Source of the DNA: Clostridia bacterium
GTDB lineage: Bacteria > Bacillota > Clostridia > TANB77 > CAG-508
Assembly (NCBI GenBank): GCA_017397545.1
Contig: JAFQIK010000014.1
Span: 1,070-65,069, forward strand
Length of the DNA stretch: 64,000 nucleotides
Direction of reading: 5' to 3'
The stretch's first letter is position 1. Each line of letters opens with the position of its first letter. The notes under the pieces are model-generated. The model was not told the DNA's origin and ran no database searches. It saw nothing but the letters and a program-made list of their open reading frames with translations. Below are positions 29,144 to 38,518 of this stretch, in pieces. A program made the translations under genes and the position numbers.

Positions 29144-29207
29144 GGGGCGCTGTGGGCAGCGCCCCCCTACATTTTATTATTGGGCAGGCACTTTGGCCTG
29201 CCCCTAC
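29143..29207. repeat. REP-like units, tandem in the same orientation
   Basis: CGGGGCGCTGTGGGCAGCGCCCCCCTAC ... TGGGCAGGCACTTTGGCCTGCCCCTAC. Confidence 0.8.
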
Positions 29208-29219
29208 ATATTGTTATTA

Positions 29220-30480
29220 CTATATCATATTTCCCCTATTTTTCCAATAGTTTTCATATAGTTTTTTAGCTGTTGCAGGGCTGTCTTCTCCTTCTGCATT
29301 TTTTACAGGTGCAAAGTCTTCTTCCCTTTTTCCTCTAAGTATTGCAATGTCATCAAATGATTTAAAACTATCAAATATAAATTGTTCAAATTTATACACA
29401 TTCGGTTTGTCTGGATTAATCAATTTTCCATTTTGATCTATATAATCTGACTTTTTAAATGCTATATGGTATTCTAATTGATTTGTACTTAAGTCCTTTA
29501 TTGCATTTATATTAAACAAATTACACATTATATGTGATTCTCCAAAAACCAACTCACCATTATCATTTGTAATTCCAGCTATATCTTTTGGAAGTTCTGT
29601 ATATTCTATTACTTTTACTTTATTATTTTGTTTGCATAAAACTCCAACTTTTTCTTCTGGGTTTCGTTTTAGTACAGTTCTAGTTCCTATTTTAGTACCT
29701 TTTAATGCAGTTATTCCTAATAACAAAACATCTACATTTTTTAACAAAACATTATCAACAGAACCTATAAATATCCATTCTATACCTCTTTTATCCATAT
29801 CTTTTATTGCACCTTCTCTAAGCATAGAATTAAATATTCCACCATTACCGTTTGACGCTTCTTTTATAAGTCCGCTTTTTCCTATAAGTACTTTTCCTTG
29901 CTCATTTAATAATGGTAATTCTCCCTGTTTAAAAATATATACATATTCTTTTAAATATCCAAAATAATTGTTATCTTCTAAAAATTTTATTGTATCATCA
30001 TTGTTTTCATTGCTAGTCATTATATACCATGGAATATTTACATTATATTTATTATTCGCTTTTTTTAAAGTATCAACAATAATTTCAAATAAATACTTTT
30101 CACCATTATTAAAGTTTATTTTATATGTACCTTTTGGTCCAGGATGCCCGAAGCCTTGTTCCTTGTCCTCCTGCCATTGTGCATACTGCAAATTTATTAC
30201 CTTTTATAATCTTGGTTCCTACGTTTTCAAAATCTTGTAATTCTTCTTTTGTTAAATTATCTGGATTTACTCCTTTAATTGGATTCATTTCTTCCAAATC
30301 TACATATAAATCTTCGAATGTTTTTTGATATAACTCTTCTAATTCTTTAAAATCTATTCTTAATACTTGTTCTATTAATTCATTTTTAGTTTTCACATCT
30401 GAATTATCTATAAATTTTATAACATGTTGTTGTTTATATTTCTCTAGTATTTCTATTGCTTTCTCATATTTATTTTTCAT
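29220..30480 (-). CDS. UDPGP-family nucleotide-sugar pyrophosphorylase (UDP-GlcNAc/UTP-hexose-1-P uridylyltransferase-like); needs a +1 shift at CGG
   Basis: The upstream ORF ends ...FAVCTMAGGQGTRL RASWTKRYI*. The downstream ORF carries GHPGPKGTYKINF... Joined, they give MAGGQGTRL|GHPGPKG, the family's nucleotide-binding loop. Confidence 0.85.
30148..30150 (-). other. In-frame CGG, +1 shift site (ACA AGG CTT CGG GCA -> T R L | G H P)
   Basis: The codon is in phase with ORF 30121..30480. The +1 frame equals the frame of ORF 29220..30191. Confidence 0.85.
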
Positions 30481-30576
30481 TTCTAATCTCCTTATTTTAA
30501 AGATTAATCCCTACATAATATAACATTATTTTTACTTTTTGTCCACTATTAATGTTTTTGTTAAAAATCTTAACGT

Positions 30577-30701
30577 AAATTGTAATTTGTATGGAAGTGT
30601 GAAGTACGAGGTGGGAAGTGTGAAATTAAAGTAAAGCCTACGAAGCTCCTCCCTAAAAGCACACCTCACACATCCCACATCACACCGCCAAATTACAATT
30701 T
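30577..30701. mobile_element. MITE-like element, family B (125 bp), inverted relative to 22820-22944
   Basis: The reverse complement aligns nearly base for base with the 22820 copy. The ends are aaattgtaatttgt / ccaaattacaattt. Confidence 0.85.
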
Positions 30702-30759
30702 GTATAAATTTTAACATATATTTTCTTAAATCTAAATATAAATTAAAAGAGGTGTGTCC

Positions 30760-31806
30760 ATGTATAAATTCAAAATACTAATATTCAATGTAAAGAAATC
30801 ATTTGTACCTATTTGTATATGCTTGTTTACAATTTTTTTATTAATATTTTCAAATGCCAATCTTTCTTCTGCAAAGACAGGACTTGCTTTATGGGCAAAT
30901 TTAGTTGTTCCTTCTTTGCTTCCATTTTTTATAGCAACAGAACTTCTTGGATATACAAATATAATCTCAATTTTAGGCAAATTTTTAAATAGACTTATGA
31001 AACCACTTTTTAACGTTCCTGGTGAGGGTGCATTTCCCTTTATAATGGGAATTATTAGTGGTTATCCCATGGGTGCAAAAATAGTTTCAAATTTTAAAGA
31101 ACAAGGAATTTGTACAAATGTAGAAGCAGAAAGATTACTTGCATTTACAAATAATTCTGGTCCACTTTTTATTATTGGAACTGTCGGAATTGGATTATTT
31201 AAAGATACAAATACAGGTTTTTTACTTTTTATAACACATATTTTAGCATGTCTTACTGTGGGTTTTATTTTTAGATTTTGGAAATCCTCAAAAAGATATG
31301 AAACAAAATCAGGCAGTCCCCTTTCGTCTCATACAACTGTTTCCATATCAAATCTTGGCGAAGTTTTAGCAAATTCTATAATGAGTGCTATTAATACTAT
31401 ATTTTTAATTGGTGGATTTATTGTTTTGTTTTCTGTAATAATATCAATCCTAGAAAATAGTGGCATTTTAGATGGTCTTGCTCATTTGATATACCCTATA
31501 CTTAATGTTTTTAATATACCAGTAAGCTTTGCTGATGGAATATTTACTGGATTATTGGAGCTTACAAATGGCGTATGCAGTATAGCAAATATTGCTAATA
31601 AATCTATTTCAACAAATATTATAATCTGTGCATTTTTGCTTGGATTTGGAGGAATATCTATAATGCTTCAAATTTTAAGTATTACATCTAAAGCAAAAAT
31701 TTCTATTAAACCTTATATAATAGGAAAATTGCTACAAGGTTTATTTGCAGTAATTTATACTTATATTTTTATTTATACTATACCTGTTTTTAATCTAAAT
31801 TTGTAA
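30760..31806 (+). CDS. ylbJ: YlbJ-like sporulation integral membrane protein (nucleoside-recognition domain)
   Basis: SAKTGLALWANLVVPSLLPFFIATELL...NNSGPLFIIGTVG, multi-TM. The ATG at 30760 follows AAAAGAGGTG. Confidence 0.75.
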   Translation: MYKFKILIFNVKKSFVPICICLFTIFLLIFSNANLSSAKTGLALWANLVVPSLLPFFIATELLGYTNIISILGKFLNRLMKPLFNVPGEGAFPFIMGIISGYPMGAKIVSNFKEQGICTNVEAERLLAFTNNSGPLFIIGTVGIGLFKDTNTGFLLFITHILACLTVGFIFRFWKSSKRYETKSGSPLSSHTTVSISNLGEVLANSIMSAINTIFLIGGFIVLFSVIISILENSGILDGLAHLIYPILNVFNIPVSFADGIFTGLLELTNGVCSIANIANKSISTNIIICAFLLGFGGISIMLQILSITSKAKISIKPYIIGKLLQGLFAVIYTYIFIYTIPVFNLNL

Positions 31807-31809
31807 AAA

Positions 31810-31844
31810 GTGAAACGAAAGGGGTCCGTCCCCTTTCGTTTCAC
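31810..31844. terminator. Bidirectional terminator of the shared GAAACGAAAGGGG family
   Basis: GTGAAACGAAAGGGG-tccgt-CCCCTTTCGTTTCAC between convergent genes. Confidence 0.8.
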
Positions 31845-33299
31845 TTACATTTTTGGTTCACATGTTAAATTTATTCCTAGATTTTTTATTACATTTAATT
31901 CACTTTGTTCTATCATATATGTAGAATGTGCTTCGCACCCTCTTAATTCTCCTATATTTCTAATAACTTTTTCTATTACTGAATCTGTTGATGCACATAT
32001 ACTAAGTGCTATTAAGACCTCTTGTACATTTAAACAATATGATGTTCTATATGATGTCTTTTGCTTTGTTTTAAAAATTGCCTCTAATATTGAAGGTGAT
32101 AATAAGTAAACATCATCTGGAATTTTTGCGCCTTCTTTTAATGCATTTATAATTGCAGCACTAGATGCACTTAAAAGTTCAGATTCTTTTCCTGTAACAA
32201 TTTTTCCATTTGGTAATTGTATTGCAACTACATTTTTATTTTCTGCTACTTCTTTTTCTAATGCCACAGATACTATTTCTCTAGTTTTTATATTTAAATC
32301 TAATTTTTGCATCATCATTTCTATTCTTTCTACTGTATCTGCTGAACATAGTTCTTTTTTATAATCGCACAAAGCATTATAGTATCTTCTTATAATTTCC
32401 ATTTCCGCAGCTTTTCTTACTGCTTCATCATCAAAAATACATTGTTTAATCATATTCACACCCATGTCTGTAGGTGATTTATATATTTCTTTTCCTGTTA
32501 TTTTTGTTAATATGTTCTTTAAAATTGGAAATGTTGATAAATCTCTATTATAACTTACAACTGTTTCTCCATATGCTTCCAAATGGAATGTATCTATCAT
32601 ATTAACATCTGCTAAATCTGCTGTAGCTGCTTCGTATGCTACATTTACAGGATGCATTAAACCTAAATTCCATACTGGAAATGTTTCAAATTTTGCATAA
32701 CCAGCTTTAACCCCTTTTTTGTGTTCATGATATAATTGTGATAAACAAGTACCTAATTTCCCACTGTTAGGTCCTGGTGCAGTAACTACTACTAATTTCT
32801 TTGTTGTTTCTACATATGCATTTTTTCCATAACCTTCATCACTTACAATAACTTCTATATCGTTTGGATATCCAATTGTAGGATTGTGTATATATGTTTT
32901 TACATTTCTTTCTTTTAGTATTTTTTTCAAATGTTCAACACTAGATTGTCCATTATATAATGTTATAACTACACTGTTTATTGAAATACCTAGATTTTGT
33001 AAATTCTCAATTAATCTAATCAATTCTAGTTCATAGCTTATACCATAATCTGCTCTTATTTTACTTTTTTCAATATCATCAGCACTAATACAAAAAATAA
33101 CTTCTGAAATATCTTTCAATTTTTCTAATAACTTTATTTTTGCATCTGGCATAAATCCTGGTAAAACTCTACTTGCATGATAATCATCAAAAATTTTCCC
33201 ACCAAACTCTAAATATAATTTATCAAACATATTAATTCTTTCTTCTATTTTTTCACTTTGTATTTTTAAATACATTTCATTATCAAAACCTTGCTTCAT
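31845..33299 (-). CDS. UPF0371/DUF1846 family protein
   Basis: About 484 aa starting MKQGFDNEMYLKIQSEKIEERI, with FGGKIFDDYHASRVLPGF, which is typical of UPF0371. Confidence 0.8.
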   Translation of the reverse strand: MKQGFDNEMYLKIQSEKIEERINMFDKLYLEFGGKIFDDYHASRVLPGFMPDAKIKLLEKLKDISEVIFCISADDIEKSKIRADYGISYELELIRLIENLQNLGISINSVVITLYNGQSSVEHLKKILKERNVKTYIHNPTIGYPNDIEVIVSDEGYGKNAYVETTKKLVVVTAPGPNSGKLGTCLSQLYHEHKKGVKAGYAKFETFPVWNLGLMHPVNVAYEAATADLADVNMIDTFHLEAYGETVVSYNRDLSTFPILKNILTKITGKEIYKSPTDMGVNMIKQCIFDDEAVRKAAEMEIIRRYYNALCDYKKELCSADTVERIEMMMQKLDLNIKTREIVSVALEKEVAENKNVVAIQLPNGKIVTGKESELLSASSAAIINALKEGAKIPDDVYLLSPSILEAIFKTKQKTSYRTSYCLNVQEVLIALSICASTDSVIEKVIRNIGELRGCEAHSTYMIEQSELNVIKNLGINLTCEPKM

Positions 33300-33438
33300 C
33301 TTTTTCTTCCTCTCTTGTTTCAAAACAAAAATAGATTTAAAAATCTACGCCATAAAAATGGGGTTTTTTTTAAATCTATTATTTACTATTAATATATAAA
33401 TATATTATCATTTTTTAGCAAATTTTGCAAGTGTTTTT

Positions 33439-34347
33439 TTAATTCATTTGCACTTTTCCTATAATATCTTCTATTTTTTCTATATTATGCTTTTTCATGT
33501 ATTCTTCAATACCTTTTACAGTATTTACACTTGTATATGGATCAATAAAGTTTCCTGCTCCTATTGATACAGCTGATGCACCTGCAAGCATAAATTCTAT
33601 AGCATCATCTCCATTTACAATTCCTCCCATACCAAGAATAGGAATATTTACAGCTTGTGCTACTTGATATACCATTCTTACTGCAACAGGTTTTACAGCA
33701 GGTCCTGATAATCCTCCAGTATTATTAGCTAAATGTGGTTTTCTTGTATTTATATTAATACTCATTCCAAGTAATGTATTAATTAGTGATACAGCATCTG
33801 CTCCTGCATCTTCAGCGCCTTTAGCCGGAAGTGTTATGTCCGTTACATTAGGAGTAAGTTTTATAATTAACGGTTTATCTAAAACTTTTCTTACTTGGCT
33901 TGTAACTTCTTTCACGCCTTCATATGTAGTTCCAAAGGCTAAACATCCAGCTTTAACATTTGGGCAAGATAAATTAAGTTCTACTCCATCTATATCTGCT
34001 TTATTTAATATTTTACAAAGCTCAACATAGTCTTCTATTGTGCTTCCACATGCATTAACAATAATTGCTGTATTTTGTTTTTTTAGCCATGGTAAATCAT
34101 ATTCTAAAAAGTACTCTACTCCTGGATTTTGAAGGCCTATACTATTTAGCATTCCACTTGGAGTTTCGTATATTCTAGATGGTTTATTTCCAGGTCTTGG
34201 CTTTAAGGAAGTACCTTTTGTAATAATTCCACCAAGCTCGCTTAAATCAAAAAACTGGCTATATTCTCTTCCATATCCAAAAGTACCTGATGCTACTGTT
34301 ACAGGATTTTTCATTTTAATCCCTGCAAAATTAACTTCTGTATTCAT
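33439..34347 (-). CDS. pyrD: Dihydroorotate dehydrogenase B, catalytic subunit
   Basis: LKNPVTVASGTFGYG, NLSCPNV, GGLSGPAVKP and GGI..G.DA motifs. The ATG at 34347 follows GAGGTG. Confidence 0.92.
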   Translation of the reverse strand: MNTEVNFAGIKMKNPVTVASGTFGYGREYSQFFDLSELGGIITKGTSLKPRPGNKPSRIYETPSGMLNSIGLQNPGVEYFLEYDLPWLKKQNTAIIVNACGSTIEDYVELCKILNKADIDGVELNLSCPNVKAGCLAFGTTYEGVKEVTSQVRKVLDKPLIIKLTPNVTDITLPAKGAEDAGADAVSLINTLLGMSININTRKPHLANNTGGLSGPAVKPVAVRMVYQVAQAVNIPILGMGGIVNGDDAIEFMLAGASAVSIGAGNFIDPYTSVNTVKGIEEYMKKHNIEKIEDIIGKVQMN

Positions 34348-34370
34348 AACTTTACACCTCATTTAAAATT

Positions 34371-34403
34371 TGAAACGAAAGGGGACAGACCCCTTTTGTT
34401 TCA
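34371..34403. repeat. Terminator-like hairpin (GAAACGAAAGGGG family) between pyrK and pyrD
   Basis: TGAAACGAAAGGGG-acagac-CCCCTTTTGTTTCA. Confidence 0.7.
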
Positions 34404-34451
34404 TTTGTTTTATCTTTATATTTTATTATTTATAGTAATGCCTTCGAAGAG

Positions 34452-34532
34452 CGGGCGACTACTAGTCGCCCCTACATCTTTTGCAATCATTTTTCTAAAT
34501 TTTCTCGGGTCGCCGTGGGCGGCGACCCCTAC
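34452..34532. repeat. REP-like units in tandem; paralog of 37046-37116
   Basis: CGGGCGACTACTAGTCGCCCCTAC ... CGGGTCGCCGTGGGCGGCGACCCCTAC, preceded by TAGTAATGCCTTCGAAGAGCGGG as at 37027. Confidence 0.85.
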
Positions 34533-34536
34533 ATCA

Positions 34537-35310
34537 TTATATTACTACTTTATTGCTGTCAAATACTGGGCCTTGTTTGCACACATGCTCGTACCCACCT
34601 GTTACTACTTCTACTGCACATCCTAAACATACTCCAAGTCCACATCCCATTTTTTCTTCTAATGATATTTGGCATGGAATATTTTTTTCTTTTGCTAAGC
34701 TTTGTGCTGCTTTTAATAGTGGTAATGGACCACATGCAAATATTGCATCTATCTTTCCATCTTCTATATCTTTTTTTAGTTCATTTATTGCAAATCCATG
34801 TATTTTATAACTTCCATCATCTGTTGTAATTACTAATTTGTTTGATATTTTTTCAAATTCTTCTTCTACTACTACCGCTTCTTTATTTCTAAACCCTAAA
34901 TATGTATTTACAGTCGCACTTTTTGAAGCATTTTTTGCAAGTTCATATAAAGGAAATACTCCTATTCCTCCTCCAAGAACTGCTATGTTTTTATATCCTT
35001 CAAATTTAAATGTACCATATCCTAATGGACCTATAATATCAACTAAATCTTCTTCTTTTTTTCTTGATAAAATTTCTGTTCCTTTTCCTTGAACTCTAAA
35101 TATTATTTCTAAAATTCCATTTTCTTTATCTATATTATATATACTAATTGGTCTTCTTAAGAATGGGTCTAATCCATCTGTTACTCTTATTTCTATAAAT
35201 TGTCCAGGTTTTACTATATCAGTAATTTCTTTAGCAGACAAAGAAAATTTAAATATGTCTGGTTTTAATTGTTCTTTTTTTATTAATTTAGATTGCAATT
35301 GTACTGGCAT
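34537..35310 (-). CDS. pyrK: Dihydroorotate dehydrogenase B electron-transfer subunit
   Basis: RRPISI, GGGIG and a C-terminal cysteine cluster CGLGVCLGCAV...C. Confidence 0.9.
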   Translation of the reverse strand: MPVQLQSKLIKKEQLKPDIFKFSLSAKEITDIVKPGQFIEIRVTDGLDPFLRRPISIYNIDKENGILEIIFRVQGKGTEILSRKKEEDLVDIIGPLGYGTFKFEGYKNIAVLGGGIGVFPLYELAKNASKSATVNTYLGFRNKEAVVVEEEFEKISNKLVITTDDGSYKIHGFAINELKKDIEDGKIDAIFACGPLPLLKAAQSLAKEKNIPCQISLEEKMGCGLGVCLGCAVEVVTGGYEHVCKQGPVFDSNKVVI

Positions 35311-35324
35311 TTTTATTCCTCCTA

Positions 35325-35627
35325 TTAATATTTAATATCAAATACAAGTAATTTTTCTTGATGAGGCTTCATAATTTCTTGAGCATTTTTATGGAACTCT
35401 AATTGATTATAGTCCTTTATAGCAGTTTCATCCTTAAATGTCATAAATAACCCATACTCAAACCCATTATCAAACTCTTTTTTTAAGCTACAGTTCTTTC
35501 CAAATTCAATTTCAATCAATCTATTTTCCAAAGCTTCCTTGCATCTGTTAAAATTACTTATAATTTCATTAATTTCCTCTTCTGATATTTGAGGCTTAAA
35601 TTTATATAAAACCACATGTTTAATCAT
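35325..35627 (-). CDS. Dabb (stress-responsive alpha/beta barrel) family protein
   Basis: 100 aa starting MIKHVVLYKFKP, with ...H...F. Confidence 0.7.
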   Translation of the reverse strand: MIKHVVLYKFKPQISEEEINEIISNFNRCKEALENRLIEIEFGKNCSLKKEFDNGFEYGLFMTFKDETAIKDYNQLEFHKNAQEIMKPHQEKLLVFDIKY

Positions 35628-35641
35628 AACGTTTCCTCCAT

Positions 35642-36013
35642 CTATTTTATTATTTCCAAATCTCTTAAAGGCTTTTCTGGCCCTTGTGGAGCAAACAAAT
35701 ATAATTGCTCTATAGTTTTATCTGTTTTATTTTCATGATAATGGCTTATTCCTTGCGGAATTAGAATACAATCTCCTTCTTCTAGTTTATACTCTTCATT
35801 TTCTGTCACAACATATGTTTCTCCTTTTAATGCAAAAATTAATTCTTCCACATCTCTTGTGTGTTCTCCAGTTCTTTGTTTAGGCTCAATTATTACTGTA
35901 CCTATACTAAAATTTTTTGCACCATTTACGCTATCAAATAATATCTTGCAAATGCTTCCTTCTCCGAGTTTTCTTAACTCTACCTCATTGTTTTTTACAA
36001 CTAATGGCTCCAT
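35642..36013 (-). CDS. Cupin domain protein
   Basis: 123 aa with GEHTRDVEELIFALKGE...GDCILIPQGISHYHEN, a two-motif cupin signature. Confidence 0.75.
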   Translation of the reverse strand: MEPLVVKNNEVELRKLGEGSICKILFDSVNGAKNFSIGTVIIEPKQRTGEHTRDVEELIFALKGETYVVTENEEYKLEEGDCILIPQGISHYHENKTDKTIEQLYLFAPQGPEKPLRDLEIIK

Positions 36014-36073
36014 TATAGACTGTCCTCCTTTTACTTTAAATGTGTCCCGTTTGGAAACGTCCCCTTTGGGACA

Positions 36074-36994
36074 TTACATAGCACTATTTAATTCGTCTCT
36101 CATTCTTATTGCTTCTGCTCTTGTTGCTTTTCCATATTCTTCTTCAGAATATTCCTCTTTCCATCTATCTGATTTGTAAGCAGCCATTAAACTTCTTGAT
36201 GCGTTAACTATTCCTCCAAGTCCGTCTTTAAATCCTAAAGCTATGTCTTCTGCTTTTCCACCTTGTGCTCCATATCCTGGTATTAAGAAATATGTTTTAG
36301 GCATTATTTCTCTTAATTCTTTTATTTGGATAGGATATGTAGCTCCAACTACAGCTCCGACACTGCTATATCCATATTCTCCAACTAATTCTTCTCCCCA
36401 AGAACTTACTAATTCTCCTACTTTTTCATATATTGTTGTTCCATCTTCTAATTTTAAATCTTGTAATTCTCCAGATGATTTGTTTGATGTTTTTACTAAG
36501 ATGAATATTCCTTTTCCATATTCTTTGCAATCATCTATAAATGGTTTTACTCCATCAATTCCTAAGTATGGATTTACTGTTACAAAATCTACATCAAACA
36601 TTGATACTTTTTCATCACATAGTGGTGTTCTTCCTAAATATGCATTTGAATATCCTGCAGCTGTTGAACCTATGTCTCCTCTTTTTACGTCTGCAATTAC
36701 GCACATCCCTTTTTCTTTAGCGTATTTACATGTTTCGTTAAACACTTTTATTCCTTCTACTCCAAACATCTCGTAAAATGCAATTTGAGGCTTTACAGCA
36801 GGTACTATGTCGCATACGCTGTCTATTAATCCTTTATTAAATTCTAATATTGCCTTGCATGCACCTTCTACATTTTTTTCATATTTTGCTCTTATACATT
36901 CTGGTATCATATCATATCTTGGGTCTAATCCCATTACTGTTGGGTTATTTGTCTCCTTAATTTTATTAATTAATTTGTCCATTGCATTGTTCAT
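36074..36994 (-). CDS. pyrF: Orotidine 5'-phosphate decarboxylase (long type 2)
   Basis: VMGLDP, ADVKRGDIGST, VNPYLG and PGYGAQGG motifs. Confidence 0.9.
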   Translation of the reverse strand: MNNAMDKLINKIKETNNPTVMGLDPRYDMIPECIRAKYEKNVEGACKAILEFNKGLIDSVCDIVPAVKPQIAFYEMFGVEGIKVFNETCKYAKEKGMCVIADVKRGDIGSTAAGYSNAYLGRTPLCDEKVSMFDVDFVTVNPYLGIDGVKPFIDDCKEYGKGIFILVKTSNKSSGELQDLKLEDGTTIYEKVGELVSSWGEELVGEYGYSSVGAVVGATYPIQIKELREIMPKTYFLIPGYGAQGGKAEDIALGFKDGLGGIVNASRSLMAAYKSDRWKEEYSEEEYGKATRAEAIRMRDELNSAM

Positions 36995-37045
36995 AATTTT
37001 ATCTCTCCTTTTAATTTTATTATTTATAGTAATGCCTTCGAAGCG

Positions 37046-37116
37046 CGGGCGACTACTAGTCGCCCCTACATCTTTTACATTGCATTTTATTTGCGGGCGA
37101 TTAAAATCGCCCCTAC
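37046..37116. repeat. REP-like units in tandem
   Basis: CGGGCGACTACTAGTCGCCCCTAC ... CGGGCGATTAAAATCGCCCCTAC. Confidence 0.85.
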
Positions 37117-37120
37117 AATT

Positions 37121-38392
37121 TTAATCATTATATACAATTTCGCCATTTACTATTGTATATTTTACTTGTCCTTTTAGTTTTTTACCTATATATGGTGTGT
37201 TCTTTGATTTTGATACTATCATATCTTCTGTATATATGTATTCTTTATTAGGATCAAATATTGTAATATCTGCTATTTTACCTTCTTCTATTACTCCTTT
37301 ATCTATTCCTAATATTTTAGCTGGATTATAACTTGTTAGTTTTACCATATCTAAATATGATATATAGCCTTTATCTATTAGATTTGTTATAGTTACAGCT
37401 AAAGCTGTTTCGAATCCTACTATTCCATTTGGTGCCTTTTCTAATCCTTGCTCTTTTTCTTGTTTTGCATGTGGAGCATGGTCTGTTATTATACAATCTA
37501 TTGTTCCATCTTGTATTGCTCTAATTATTTCTTCCATATCTTCTTTTTCTCTAAGTGGAGGATTCATTTTAGCATTTACTCCATTTACTAGAACCTCATC
37601 TACTGTAAGACTATAATAATGTGGGCAAGTTTCGCAAGTTACATTTACTCCTCTTTTTTTAGCATCTCTAATTAGTCTTGCTGTTTCTTTTGTACTTATA
37701 TGACATATATGTGCATGTATATTATTTATTTCTGCAATTTCAACTTCTCTTGCGGCCATTAGAGTTTCAGCCTCTGGATAAACGCCTTGTACATTTAGCT
37801 CTTCTGAAATTTTTCCTGCATTTATTGCACCTTTTCCAAGTTCTTTGTCTTCACAGTGTGACGCAACAAATGAATTTAATTTTTCAGCTTTAATCATTGC
37901 ATCTCTCATCATTTTTGCACTTACTACTGGCATACCATCATCTGAAAACCCAATTGCTCCAGCATTTTTTAAAGATTCAAAGTCTGTTGGTTCTTCTCCT
38001 TTTTCTCCAATCGTTACAGCTGCATATGGTAATACATTGCAAATTCCAACTCTTTTTGCTTCTTCTTGTATTTTTTGCAAAATTAAAACACTATCACAGG
38101 CAGGTTTAGTATTTGGCATTGGACAAATAGAAGTAAAACCTCCCTTAACAGCGCTTTTCATTCCAGTTTCTATAGTTTCTTTGTGTTCAAATCCAGGTTC
38201 TCTTAAATGACAATGAATATCTATCATACCTGGTATGATAAATAGGTTAGTACAATCAATAACATTATCTGCTACTGTATTTATTTTTTTAGATATTTCT
38301 TTTATAATTCCATCTTCTATAAGAATATCAAAATAGTCTTCTGTTTTTGTTTTATAATCTATTAATTTACCATTTTTTAATAAAACTGTCAC
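37121..38392 (-). CDS. pyrC: Dihydroorotase
   Basis: GMIDIHCHLREPG, ...DHAPH. GTG start after AAAAGGAGG. Confidence 0.92.
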   Translation of the reverse strand: MTVLLKNGKLIDYKTKTEDYFDILIEDGIIKEISKKINTVADNVIDCTNLFIIPGMIDIHCHLREPGFEHKETIETGMKSAVKGGFTSICPMPNTKPACDSVLILQKIQEEAKRVGICNVLPYAAVTIGEKGEEPTDFESLKNAGAIGFSDDGMPVVSAKMMRDAMIKAEKLNSFVASHCEDKELGKGAINAGKISEELNVQGVYPEAETLMAAREVEIAEINNIHAHICHISTKETARLIRDAKKRGVNVTCETCPHYYSLTVDEVLVNGVNAKMNPPLREKEDMEEIIRAIQDGTIDCIITDHAPHAKQEKEQGLEKAPNGIVGFETALAVTITNLIDKGYISYLDMVKLTSYNPAKILGIDKGVIEEGKIADITIFDPNKEYIYTEDMIVSKSKNTPYIGKKLKGQVKYTIVNGEIVYND

Positions 38393-38460
38393 TTTTACGC
38401 CTCCTTTTATTCTATTTTTACAATATTATCATTTTATATGACTTTTTTCAAGGTTTTTAT

Positions 38461-38489
38461 TTGACTTTATTAGAATTTTGTTTTATTAT
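38461..38489 (+). promoter_or_regulatory. Probable sigma-A promoter of the pyrE-like gene
   Basis: TTGACT, a 17-nt spacer, then TATTAT. Confidence 0.5.
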
Positions 38490-38518
38490 TTAATAAATAT
38501 ATTTAATTGGAGGTTTTT

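Noticed and set aside
30732-30980. Minus-strand ORF (82 aa) overlapping the ylbJ 5' end
   Set aside because: It is antisense to a well-supported multi-TM gene and has no RBS.
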